DNA from: Halocafeteria seosinensis | Taxonomy: Eukaryota | Direction: 5' to 3' | Assembly: GCA_001687465.1 (NCBI GenBank) | Contig: LVLI01000325.1 | Coordinates: 1-64,000, forward strand | DNA length: 64,000 nucleotides | Shown here: positions 1-11,256 of the stretch, one piece after another | Numbering within the stretch: the stretch's first letter is position 1 | How the letters are laid out: each line of letters starts with the position of its first letter | Notes under the pieces: model-generated | The model's database searches: none | Seen by the model: the letters and a program-made list of their open reading frames with translations, nothing else | What the model was told of the DNA's origin: nothing | Made by a program: the position numbers and the translations under genes

Positions 1-2501
1 CATCGGCAAGGGAGATATGCTCCGCAAAGCAAGCTTCTTTGAGTTAGCAGTGGATTCCTATAGCAAAGCACTTGATCTGGTGAGCGACTCGGAATATAGT
101 CAAGAAATCGAGGAGGCCTACATTAAGAAGGGTCGAAGCACTGAAATGTGCTGAACAGTACGAACCGGTATCGCAGTGTGCAACGAGTATTGGTCCAGTA
201 TCCCCAAAGTGCACACACAAGTGTGGCGTCCAAGTTGCACTGCTCAAGGCCGAATCACTGTTGCGTCTGCACAGAATTAGCGAGTCACTACAGTCAGCAG
301 AGGAAGTCCTGCAATGGGATTCACACTCTAGAGCGGCTTACAAGTGTATAGCGGAAGCCCTGAGGGAATACGGGAGAGACGGGGATGCTATTGCTGCCTA
401 CCGAGATGGTCTAAGTTTGACTACTCCAGAGGGCGAGCTGTACATGGTATAACGAGATGCTTGCAACTCAAGTTTTGAGACGATATAATGAAGCAGTGGA
501 CGAATCTGACAACAAGGTGTTTATCATTACTCGTCGGAAAAAAACACCCTCGGTGAAGAGTGTACTCTGTACGTTCAGGAGTTGGGCGAAGCCCATGCTG
601 CGTTGCAAACGTTATGCGTCAAACGATACCTGGCGGATATTCCGAGTATGGGGAGGGGTCGTCTTCTCAGCCAAGCTATTTTGAAAAGAGCATAGAAGCA
701 TAAAATGAAGCACTCCGCATCTTTCCCGAAACGTGTACGTTTTGAATCGCAAAGGAGAAGTATTGTTAGTGCTGAAACGGTATACAGAGGCATATGATGC
801 ATTCGAGAAAGCCTTGGCAGAGAACCTTGGTGATGTGGATGGGTGTATCAATGCCGCAATGGCTCTGTTTTGGCTTGAAGAATACGCGAAGTCGGAAGAA
901 ACGTATAAGACAGCCATTTCTCTTCACTGTAGCAACCGCATGCTGTACCTTTGTAGAGCCGAGGCGCTCGTAAAACGAGGAATGTTCGAAACACAGGATA
1001 CTCTGTTCTTGAAGCCGGGGTCAGTGTTGGTAGTAAAGAAGAACTTCGGATCTATAAGGGGGATGCTTTATGGGATCAAGGCAGACTTGATGATGCAGTA
1101 GAGGTTTATTTGCAGCAGATAGCAAGCGGTGTATCGGAGAAAGCAATACTAACAAAGGCTGGAAGAATCTACCTTCTTCAGGGAAGGGTTGCGGAAGCTG
1201 GAACGATGATTGACAAGACCTTAATGGTTGACCCTTCGTGCGTAGAGGCACTACTATATAAGAGTGAGATTCTCGAACGGAAAGATGAGATCGAGCAAGT
1301 GCTTCTATACTGCCAAACTGCTAGCGACGCAGATGAAGAACGTACAAAACTATTGGTGGTTCATTCCAATGTGCAGGAACCGCTCCAAACGATATAGAGA
1401 GGAGGTTTCCGTGTGCCAGCACGTGTTGGGTCTTATCCTCTGTGTGATGAGGCGCTTTTGAAGGCTCAAGAAGCGTTTCGTTCGCATGAATCCCCATGCA
1501 AGCTTCTCGTGGAGTGTGACGATATTTTGAAATCTCAAACAAACCACAAAGCCACCTTAAAGCGGAAGGGAGTGACACTAGCTTCTGTATATCGGAGCAC
1601 GGAGGCTATCCAAAGTCTACAAACGGCACTATCTATAGTCTATTGATCCTGATGATAAGGAACTACAGGAGTGCATTTCCCGCATACTACTTTACCAAAG
1701 AAATGAAGAATGCATATCACACTGTGATAGATTCATGTCATATCGGCCTTCGGCGTTACAGGAGGGCAAGGCCCATTTTTTGTTCAAACTGTCAAGATAT
1801 GACGAAGTATTAGCAACGTGCGAAGCAATTCTTAGATACTCCCCTTTATACGGAAATGTGCATAAATGTAAGGGTGATGCTTTGTTTTGGTTAGCTCAGT
1901 TTGAAGACTGCAATTACGCCTTACGATTAGGGACTGATCAGTGGAGGATCTTTTTGAAAAAACGGATGGTGATCAACATCCGTGGAAAATTTATACTTGG
2001 TCAATAGACAGTAAATCTTCCATTTTGGAGTTACGAGTTGTTTGATCTGCTCAACCATCGGCGCGGGGGGTACACGGAAGCCATACTCGAGACCGTCGGG
2101 AATTCTTTGGAATGTAACGCTTGAATAAGCTTAGCTATGCAGAACTTGGTTATGCACTGATGGATGAGCACCGTTATGAGGAGGGTGCTCGTAGATACAA
2201 AGAAGCTATCGATGTAGATGCCATGCTTAGTCTTGCAAGATATGAGGAAACAATCACTGCATGTGACAGAGCTATTGAAGAGAACCCGGATGTCAAAGGA
2301 GTTTGTTACATCAAAGGAAGAGCGCTTTTTCATTTGAAGAAATATCAGCAAGCAATCGAACGCTTTGAGACAGCTAAGCAAATGAGATTCGAAGGCATCA
2401 CAGAAGCTAGGGGAACAACGGACCCCACAAATATAGCGTGTATTCTACAAAGATTACATACTAGCATGAGTATAAAAGAACAACATAAGCAAAGCATGTG
2501 A
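1..2501 (+). pseudogene. Decayed multi-TPR-repeat protein gene (5' end outside window)
   Basis: Successive + ORF fragments carry TPR-like helices (NRKGEVLLVLKRYTEAYDAFEKALAENL; KGRALFHLKKYQQAIERFETA; KAHFLFKLSRYDEVLATCEAILRYSP). They are broken by stops (TAA 450-452, TAG 1099-1101) and frameshifts (e.g. near 1640), and I found no convincing GT-AG introns that remove them. Confidence 0.75.
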
Positions 2502-2589
2502 GTGGACTTGTATCCTTAACAACCAACAACTGCAACGACTCCTAGCTGCGGATATAGAGGACTAAGTTGCTCTCCTTAAAGCATACAAT

Positions 2590-2780
2590 ATGACGATTGC
2601 TTTGCACCACCATCATGCCTGTATATGTCCTTGCTTTGAGTTTCATTATCTAGGATTCCAGCGAACGGTACCGTACCACGTCCACGTGATTCCTCGGCGG
2701 GACTTGCTGAAGCAAACTTCGGGTCTCTTCACAACCAGCTGTTGTGAAGTATATACTCCAGACCACGAGATGCCACGATT
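2590..2780 (+). pseudogene. Relic of HIT-family (FHIT-like) hydrolase C-terminal half
   Basis: MTIALH ... TVPYHVHVIPRRD ... TPDHEM parallels FHIT-type LTFSMQ-DG..AGQTV.HVHVHVLPRK ... EEM. The first His of HxHxH is lost and there is no intact N-terminus. Confidence 0.45.
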
Positions 2781-2884
2781 CCTTTTACATAGTGTCGGTT
2801 CCACGGTTTTAGAGGTTACTTAGCATTTAGTTCATTAGTAACCCGATGTTGAAGTTTGTCTAGGCTGATTCGACCACACAGACA

Positions 2885-3606
2885 ATGACCAAGTGGCGTC
2901 AAACCGCCCTTCTGTTATTGATTCTCCCGGCGCAGTTATCGTGCGTTAAGGCAGGAAACAACGGTATCCGTGGCATTCTCCAACCCCATAAGCCACTACA
3001 GAATGAGGAGATCACTTTGGGATCTTCGTGCATTTACAAACTAGGCAATTTATCACCGGAAACTGTGTATTCAGTGCGCATATCGTACCCGAGCTCGGAG
3101 CCAACTCTGTTTGAAATCGAACCCATTGAATTAGCTACTTCTCCAGGCGATAGGAGACAAAAGAGAAACCAATTCCAGGCTGGAAAGAGAGGACTCCGTG
3201 ATACAGCCATCAGTGAGTCGAATTTCGTGGAGATAATGAACGTTTCTGGATTTGATATTTTTCTTGGCACACAGTTAGGTTTGAGACTGGCAAACATGGT
3301 CAGATAGTTGTGGAGAGTGGGAAAGCACTAAACGAACCAGGATTGAAAGTCTCGGCGTCTTTAGAAGGAGTCATGCCCTCAAATCTGGACGAGCGAACTA
3401 CAACCCGGTATAATATCCTTGTAGAGCCTGTACTACTTGGAGTCTCATACACGGCATACTACATCATCACGGCCATTTGCTTCATTACCTTGTTCAGTGT
3501 GTTCGTTTGTGCACCAGTCCTTCGAGGGCTCATTAACAGTGCATACGTTTCATCAGGAGCAACCGGAGGCTTCGGTATCCCGCTGCCGGACGACAAGAAG
3601 GAATAA
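2885..3606 (+). CDS. Signal-peptide, single C-terminal TM protein; Pga1/plant NPU-like (possible GPI mannosyltransferase II cofactor)
   Basis: Exons 2885-3212 and 3275-3606 join in frame across a 62-nt GT-AG intron. It has an N-terminal hydrophobic signal, the motif YSVRISYPSSEPTLF, and a C-terminal TM (YYIITAICFITLFSVFVCAPVL). The family call is from recalled motif similarity. Confidence 0.7.
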
Positions 3607-3664
3607 CCGAATGAGGTACAAGGATACGACACCCCCACTCTGACGGTGATAGCATATGCGGTAT

Positions 3665-3972
3665 GATATCCAGGAATAGTTCTTGCTAGTACTTATGTCG
3701 ACGAGCTTTGGACAGAATGCCGTAGCTTGTTAAGGAAGGCTGCTCTGGTTTTGAGAGTGGTTACCCTACTATGTTCGGCCGTGAGGAGCTTACGAAATCT
3801 GATTACATGTCTTTAAATTGACTAAAGAACCAGTGTGCTCGATCACAATGCTGGTACGTTACAAAACAAAGGTGTTCGGTAACTTCACGGAGGGGTTATA
3901 CGTTCTTCCTAGCGCAGTTATTCCATAATAGAACACTTTGAGTTCGTCCAGCTCCAAAGAGTTGCTGGACAT
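3665..3972 (-). pseudogene. Possible glutathione S-transferase N-domain relic
   Basis: The minus strand reads MSSNSLELDELKVFYYGITALGR..IEHTG, then a frameshifted YGIL/PKLVD. This resembles GST KL.Y...G...IR..LE.TG and FG.LP.L.D. Confidence 0.3.
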
Positions 3973-4406
3973 AATGTACACGTCCACAATGCTAATATTT
4001 AAGTTGAAAACATAAGCAAATAAACTTAAATGTATCAAGTTTGTCTTCCCGCCAACCTATTAAGTCCCGGAGATTCCGGAGTTACTGGCTTGCGGGCCAG
4101 TGGGCCGATGAGACCACTACGTCGGGAATCGCCTTCATTGCTCCGGTTTTAATAGTTTCCTCATCCTCTATCATTGATAAGTTACGAAAAGTATTGTGTG
4201 TACGTTGAGGAGGGTTCAAATATTGGGCGGACATCATAATCCAATTTGTGACCCGTTGCAAGCCAGCCCTTCAATCAGGCGTTGATATAGCTAGACACGA
4301 TGGGTATACCATATACACCCCTTTGATAGGACTACTAAAGACATATCGTTCATTTGTTGTCCTTCCTGGGAACAGAGACGGCGTTGAGAGGCGCATATAG
4401 GGAAAT

Positions 4407-6392
4407 ATGACGAGTCGGGTGTCAACGAGAAGCAAATCCGGTCCTACCAATAAGAAGGACAACTTTTTTCGAAAGGACAGGGCTTCTCTACGTGCATCTA
4501 TATCCGAAGGACATGCGGGTGCCAATAGGCGCCAGTGGGACGAGACTTTCTCGGCGGCTGCGTCCCGAATGAAACAGGCAGATCAAGAAGCTGAGGAGGA
4601 AGCGTTGAACATCAACGTGGAATCTCAATCAGAGAATTCCGTTCCTGCTCCATCAAAGGAGCGATGCAAGGTTAAATTATCCCACCTAGTTAAGATGATT
4701 CGCGAACTTACACTAATAACGCTTCTGTTAATGGCTCCGACGGTTGTGCTCTTCTCCAGGTATCTGCAATATTTCGAGCATTCCTGTCCCGTACGTAACT
4801 CAGTTCCACGAATCGTGAACTATTCGTTTAACTGCGATCTGTCTTGGTTTGACTGCAGTCGGAGGTAGAGATATGGCTTCACCTCTTCTCTGTCGGATCC
4901 ATTACAGTCTTCGTTACCATGTACTGCACACGACTGGGAATGAGCGCGCGAGACATACACTACAAAGAATTAGGTACTAATCATGACTTAATGTGGACTG
5001 ATACATGTTCTCTAATCATGAGCACTTTTGTTTGCAGGATGGCCGACATTCTTGCTCTTCTGGTGTCCCAGCGTTATATCGACCGTGTTTTACGGGGGAC
5101 TGACGCTTGCTGGAGCAATATGGTACAGTGAGAATCGGGAGCTCTTCGATGAAGACAGGGTGGATGATGACTGTCAAGGCCTTGTTAAGGGAGTTTTGCT
5201 ACCCATTACCATTCTTGCTTGTCTTGTTCTCTTTTTCATGCTACCTGTGTTAATTGGATTTCAATTTGCATTCGCATGGGTGTGTCCTGAACTAGGAGAA
5301 AAAGAGCTTTCCTGCGGAGAAGGGTACGATTCAAGAAAGGACAGTATGCACTATGAGGTAACTGCTACTGGTGCACGTTTCGTGCGAGTGAAGACCAAGA
5401 AAGAGAAGCTACCAAAAGACTACACTACACTACCTCCAGCTACTACTATGCGGGAATTGAAGAGACGACATAATCGAGAGTTTCGCGAACTGACAAAAAA
5501 ACTACCAAAGCCTCTGTGGAATGTATTGTATCCCGAGAATGAGACTGCTATAGCCACCGATGAAGTTGCTTTCAATGAAATCCACCGTCTGAAAGAAATA
5601 TCAAGTGACACTCGATACAGATCTCACGCGAACAGACTACTAGAATTTTTTGAGAGATCTCAGAGAGAAACGGAAGAATTAGAAACACGAATAGCTCGAG
5701 AGAGAGCAGCAAAGAATGCAAAATCTGCCCCAGCTAACGCTCTACCATGGGCAAACCGTCGCGCTAGTGAAGGAATGAACTTTTCCAAGTTTCATCAAGC
5801 AGGCGCTACTACACCAACTATAGTTTCAAGGCCATATCAATATTCTCAAGGAAGCCAAACGTCTTCTGCTGGCTCTTCCGCGCCTTCTAGGCGATCGTCT
5901 GTACATGGGGTCCCCTTTTCCCACACCTCCGTTGCTTCAGTGAAAACTGAACCATTATCCAAGACGCAATTTAGGAAGGGATCCATTGGTTCGGTAAACA
6001 CACAGAGTGGGAAAGGAGCTTTGAGCCACTTTGCTGATGAACGTTCCAAGAGCGGGAATCCGAAGCATGCACCAATGGGTAGGAGGGCATCCGATGGGAT
6101 GACACGATCAAAGCAGAGCAAAGATGCATATAATGGAGAAAAATCCAACATCAAGCGCGAAGGCTTTAAAGCCAATTCAGGAAAAAAACCCAGTGAAGCA
6201 GGATCCGTAGCGTCGAGAGGGAGACTATCTTCTCAAGGATCCGCACCAATCAGTGGCGACAGCCACCGTCGAGATTCCGCTGCGAAGCATATGCTGGAGT
6301 GCGATGAAGAACTTGAAACGGTTTATCTACAGCAGGTTAGGTCCAACAAAACGCGCCGTGCATCTAGTTTATGGTCACGGGCAATAGACTAG
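4407..6392 (+). CDS. Four-TM membrane protein (TMEM272-like Cys-Pro loop) with a long Ser/Arg-rich cytoplasmic tail
   Basis: ORFs 4407-4868, 4919-5131 and 5028-6392 join via GT-AG introns (about 4791-4858 and 4974-5037). It has four hydrophobic helices, CP after TM1 and a Cys before TM4. Confidence 0.75.
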
Positions 6393-6410
6393 CGAAATGT
6401 TCTAAAGCGT

Positions 6411-8054
6411 TCATTTATCAGCTATAAAAGGCGGATTGTTAGTTTTGCCATCGCTAGCAGCATCAGCTATTGCCTGGCCCCACTTGTCCAGTGTGGCCGA
6501 GACTGACGTCCAGTTCCCACGAACCTCCGGAAGGATGATTACGTCACTGTGTGCAGCCGCTAAGTCTCCTATGTGCTTGAACCTCTGTCTTTGAAGATCG
6601 GCAGATGTCGATTCATAGAGTTCCTGGAGACCCTTTCGCGCCAGCAAGAACAAGGCCAAATTACGGTCTTTTTTAACCAGTGACTGATCTAACTCCTTGA
6701 CGTCAGTCTTCTCGAAAGCCACTAGCTCACTGATCGGCTTGGAGGATGCGTAGTGCTTGGGTTCAGCTAGGAGAGGGGATGCGGTAACATTACCGAGGTC
6801 GAGATCCTCTTCGACCAAAATTTCCTCACCATTTAGTGAGCTCTGGGAGGCTCGAGCGGTTGCAACACATGCTGCGGCTAAACACCACAAAGCGCGTCCG
6901 TAAAATGATTTCGACATGCGCACTGCATGTGCCGCATGTCGACGTGCCTCTAAGAGCGCTTCTATCCAAGCATCCTTCTGTTTGTTCACTCTGGGAGAGG
7001 CGCTGTTCGCTTTCAACAAGCATTCCGAAACCAGAGTATGGAAAAGTGGATTCTGAGGTTCTAAAATGATCAATTCTTCGTAGCAGAAACCAGCGTATTC
7101 CCATCGTTTTGCACTCGTGTGCAAATCAGCAAGCTCGATCCACTGCAGCGTGCGTGAAAGCAAGGTTCAGGTATTCATAGTGGTACCGCAAGCAACAACT
7201 ACTTACAGCTTCTTTATCGGTTGGAAACAGTTTCAAGTACTGATTCAATCTAGTGCATGTCCCGGCATTGTTATTTGGAACACTCTTCGAGAGTGCAACA
7301 AGCCGTTTCATTGCTAATGCATTAGATCCGTTGCTCTTCAGCATCTCTTGATATATAGACTCCGCTTCTTTTGCCTTCCCCCTCTTTTCCTGCACACCAA
7401 AAGTGCTGGGCATTCGCCTGTCGATAACCCCACAATAGGCCTATATATAGGGGACGCACGTAGAACATTGCAACCAAGCGTTGTGCCCGTTGACTATCTT
7501 TCGACGGGAAGCGCTCTCTGATTGTCTGTTGACATAAACGACCGATAAGTAAGGTAGTCACGGTTATGGACCCAAATAACAAGCTTACATTGATGGCATC
7601 TGCTGCTTTTCGATCATCCTCCATGAGTATGCCGGCTTCAGCTTTCTGTTCTAATACACTATAATCTGCATCCAGTCTCGCTCCATGGAAGCTGAGTGAT
7701 TCGCCGTCCCGTTGTGATATACTTACATTCTATCTCATCTAGTCGGGAAGCCTCTCCCGTAACCAAACTACTGAAAAAATTCGCAAGCATGGATGATCTC
7801 GTTGGTATCTGGGCTTTCTGTAGGACCACTTCCGCCGCGTATAATGTCCCTCTTGGGTCCACGATGGAATGTCGCCGCGCATATTTCAAGACCGCCCTCC
7901 AGAGTAATACCTCCTGCGAGGAGCTTTTCCCCTCTAGAGCCTTTGCACGGCGAAAGAGGGAGAGGTACTTTGCATTGAGAGACCCTGTTATAGCGGAGGC
8001 ATCGAATTGATGCTGCTCCTCCAAATCTTCAATGACTTCTTCGGGGGTAGACAT
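6411..8054 (-). CDS. EMC2: ER membrane protein complex subunit 2 (TPR)
   Basis: Multi-exon (introns 7666-7726, 7526-7588 and two more). Motifs YSVLEQ, ERFP.K.SQRAQRL, LNQYLKLFPTDKEAW.ELADL and AGFCYEELIILEPQNPLFH match EMC2/TTC35. Confidence 0.9.
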
Positions 8055-9123
8055 CTTGCAAAGACGAAAACAAGGACGATCCTGACGCTCTCCAAACTAC
8101 CCAATTCATGTAGATGCAACAATGGCAAATGGAAAAGTGTAATCTGGTTATTTCACGGGGATAATAGAAAAAAACCCTGGTGTCAGCGTTCGCAAACTTC
8201 AAGTTCGTAGTACTTCGTACCCGTGAGGGGAAGTATTTCTGCAGCTGTAAGAAGAAAGGACATTAGCTGGAATTGAATCTTACAAGAGAGTGCATGAAAC
8301 AATTCCAGAAGCTTTATACAGATGGGAATCAACGCAGCACTGATGTCCAGTCATGGTTTTGGACAGCAGCATTGCATTGTGGCCATATTATGTATGCCAT
8401 GCTGCTCAGATCTTAACAACTTATTTTTAATACAACCATTTCTGTTTAATTGGGCCATACGCTTGTTTGCGTATCACCGTTAATTCTACACCACAATGTA
8501 TAGTATTTTAGTAAGGGTTGCAGACACCATTGATGAACGAATTCCTGGAATTCAAAGTCCTCGGCGACTGTTGCTAAAATTAGCGCTCAGAACCGCAACA
8601 ATGTAGACTTGGGAGTCCAGAGCGTAGCGTCACCCGCAGCCAATACCAGGGACCTGACGAACTGAAGACGCTCGAGGGGAAGTTGTCACTTCAGTTCTAG
8701 GCAGTGGAATTCATACGGACTATCACACCGAACATTGGTGACTGAACTTCACTGAAGGCATATGCAAGCATTTCCCCGCTTTATCTTGATGCATCAAGAT
8801 GTTCTTCCCAGACCTGCATCGACTCCATTCTTGCATTTCCCAGTGGATTCCGGATACGTACAATGTACAAAATTACCGCAACTTCAACTTCGTCGGGTTT
8901 ATGCGTGAGCGCTGGCTGTGCCCCCCCCCCCACCACCTAATGTGTATACATTGGAACGTTGGATTGTTAACTTAAGCACCAAGCACCAAATAAAGAGGTT
9001 GTCGAGGCTATCATCATTGGATATCGAGCTGTTTGTGTTGCTAGGCTCGAGTTCCATGTTCCCTTCAGTCGCACTTCGTTTAGCGCGCGCAATCTCGTCA
9101 AATTAGCCTGTACACACCCTATA

Positions 9124-10865
9124 ATGGCTACTTGGGGCGAATACATTCGCGATATCCAGGTACGTGTCCATGCTCAACGGAAGCAGCTGTTGGCGTTTTC
9201 GGGTACCACTGGTTCCACATATACGCCCCAATGATAAGTGGTTGAAGTTGCGAAAGTGTCCGTTCGGGTTACGTGATGAATGCAGGAATCCAAGCTCGCT
9301 CCGAGTCCCAAGCCTGATCCTCAAGCTATTAATCAGTGGAAAACGTATCGCGCAAAGCTACAAAACCCCGAATTCGACCCTGTCATCCAGAAATTTAGAA
9401 GTCCAGAGAAGGTGCGTCCCAATGTTTAGGATGTCAGGCTGAGGTGACCACCTGTTAGATCTCTCCCCTCTCTGATTTTATTTTCCAGGAAAACCTCACA
9501 AGGGAGCAAGAGAAAACTCAATCCAGAAGGTCGATTGCCCGTGGAAAGGTAAGATGGCTGATGTGGGCGTATCAAACTTCCGTCACATCGCGCGATTATA
9601 TGACCCTGGTTACAGGATCGGCAACTAAAATTCGAGCAGCGTTTCGATATTCTCAACAATAAACCAAAGTATCTTGAAGAAGAAGACAGCCGCACAAAGA
9701 CGCCAACGGAGAAGAGCAAAGCGAAACCTCAGAGCAGCTCTTCTTGCAGACCCCTGGCTAGGAACTATGATATCCTGTCGAACCAGCCTATAAAGGATTA
9801 CCGTGGATCATCAAGGTATGGTATTTTAAAATATCAATTGGTATTCGCTTTTCCTCAAAGTTTTGATGTAAGTTCTGATTACGCAGGGGAAGTGAGGACG
9901 GTCCTTCAGCAAAGCCAGCAAGCTCGGCTCAGCGCAGCAGGAGCTTCGACATTATATCGAACAAGTTAGTTCAATAAAAGTTGCTATTGTCTCAAAGAGC
10001 ATATGCAATGTGGTGTTTGGATTTTGTTTTTGCTTTGATTCCCAGGTATGCTCAAAACCACGAGGAGAAGGAGAAGGAGGAATTAGAGAAGGAAAAGCAG
10101 TTAGCGGAAGAGAAGTGGTGGCAAGCTCACGATTTCGATCTACTCACCGGCAGTTACTATGATAGCCAAAAAGATAAAGAAGCAGCCGAAAGAGAAAAAA
10201 AAGAAAAAGAAAAGAAAAAAGAAAAAGCAGAAGCACAATTACCTCCTTCTATGAAATATTGTGAAGGGCGCGCCTATGATATCGTGTCGTACACTCCCAA
10301 AGAGCGCGTAGCTCTACAGGTTGTTAACAATAAAAAGTACAAACCCGGGAAGAGACTCTTTGGAAACGAAGAACTAGAGAAAAATAAGCTTGATAGAGAA
10401 GCGGAAGTCCGGCTACAAAACCAGAGGAGGATAAACCGAGTTAGTATACAACGGTTCCATGAACCGTATAAGCGTCCATATGACACAATTTCTAACAGAC
10501 CTTACTACGGAGATGGTGCACCTCCTGTTTTCGCTCCTCATATTGGTCCACCACCTAGTCCCTTTGAAAAGCTGAAGGATGCTGAGAAGCGCTACAGAAA
10601 ACCTAGCTCTGCTCTGCGTCCAGTCAGAACTGCCTCTAATCCCGTTAGGACTTCTGGATCTGCTGCTTCCAATCGACATGCACGTCCATCTCACCGCGAT
10701 AGTGACAGCGTGAAGGAAGGACAAGATGATCCTCAGCTCCCTGCTTCAAGACGAACGGCTTCAGTGGCTAGTGATGGGATTGGCTCGACGGTCTCCCATG
10801 CAACCGGAGGTATGGCGAGACAGTCAATCAGATCCTCCTCACAGCAATCGTTACGTAGTGAATGA
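9124..10865 (+). CDS. Uncharacterised protein with repeated [FY]D[IPLT][ILV][STN]-type motifs (candidate ciliary/cytoskeletal protein)
   Basis: Six exons join in frame: 9124-9159, 9286-9411, 9489-9548, 9616-9815, 9887-9964, 10046-10865. The protein begins MATWGEYIRDIQ. Confidence 0.8.
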
Positions 10866-11256
10866 TGTTCGTTGATATTCATTAAGTGTCTCCCTGAAAC
10901 TTAAGGTAAATCTGAACTAAATTTACATCTCCAGTCTATCTCTATATTGGTTTGGGTGGTAAACCGATTCACAAACAAAAAGCTGGCTCAACCATTTAGT
11001 GAAGCTAGATCAGTTGGCGCCCCAGCATGCTTCGCCCTTCAGTTACAACGTCGAGGAAATTATGAAAGCCCTGTCTTACCTACAGCAATTAGTCCAAGCA
11101 TAGGCTATTCTCCTCGCCCCTTACTCACCTCGATGTGCCTGGAAAGCGAACTGAAGATGTTGTTTAACGTATTCAAGAGCATATGCATGCTTCTGCGTTT
11201 ACGACCAAAGAGGATCTAAAGCACTGAATACATTGCTTGAATCATATTGCGACGGC

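Noticed and set aside
8310..8540. Ankyrin-like GINAALMSSHGFGQQHCIVAIL
   Set aside because: A single weak repeat with no supporting frame.
8921..8938. Poly-C tract
   Set aside because: A simple homopolymer upstream of a gene, with no further structure.
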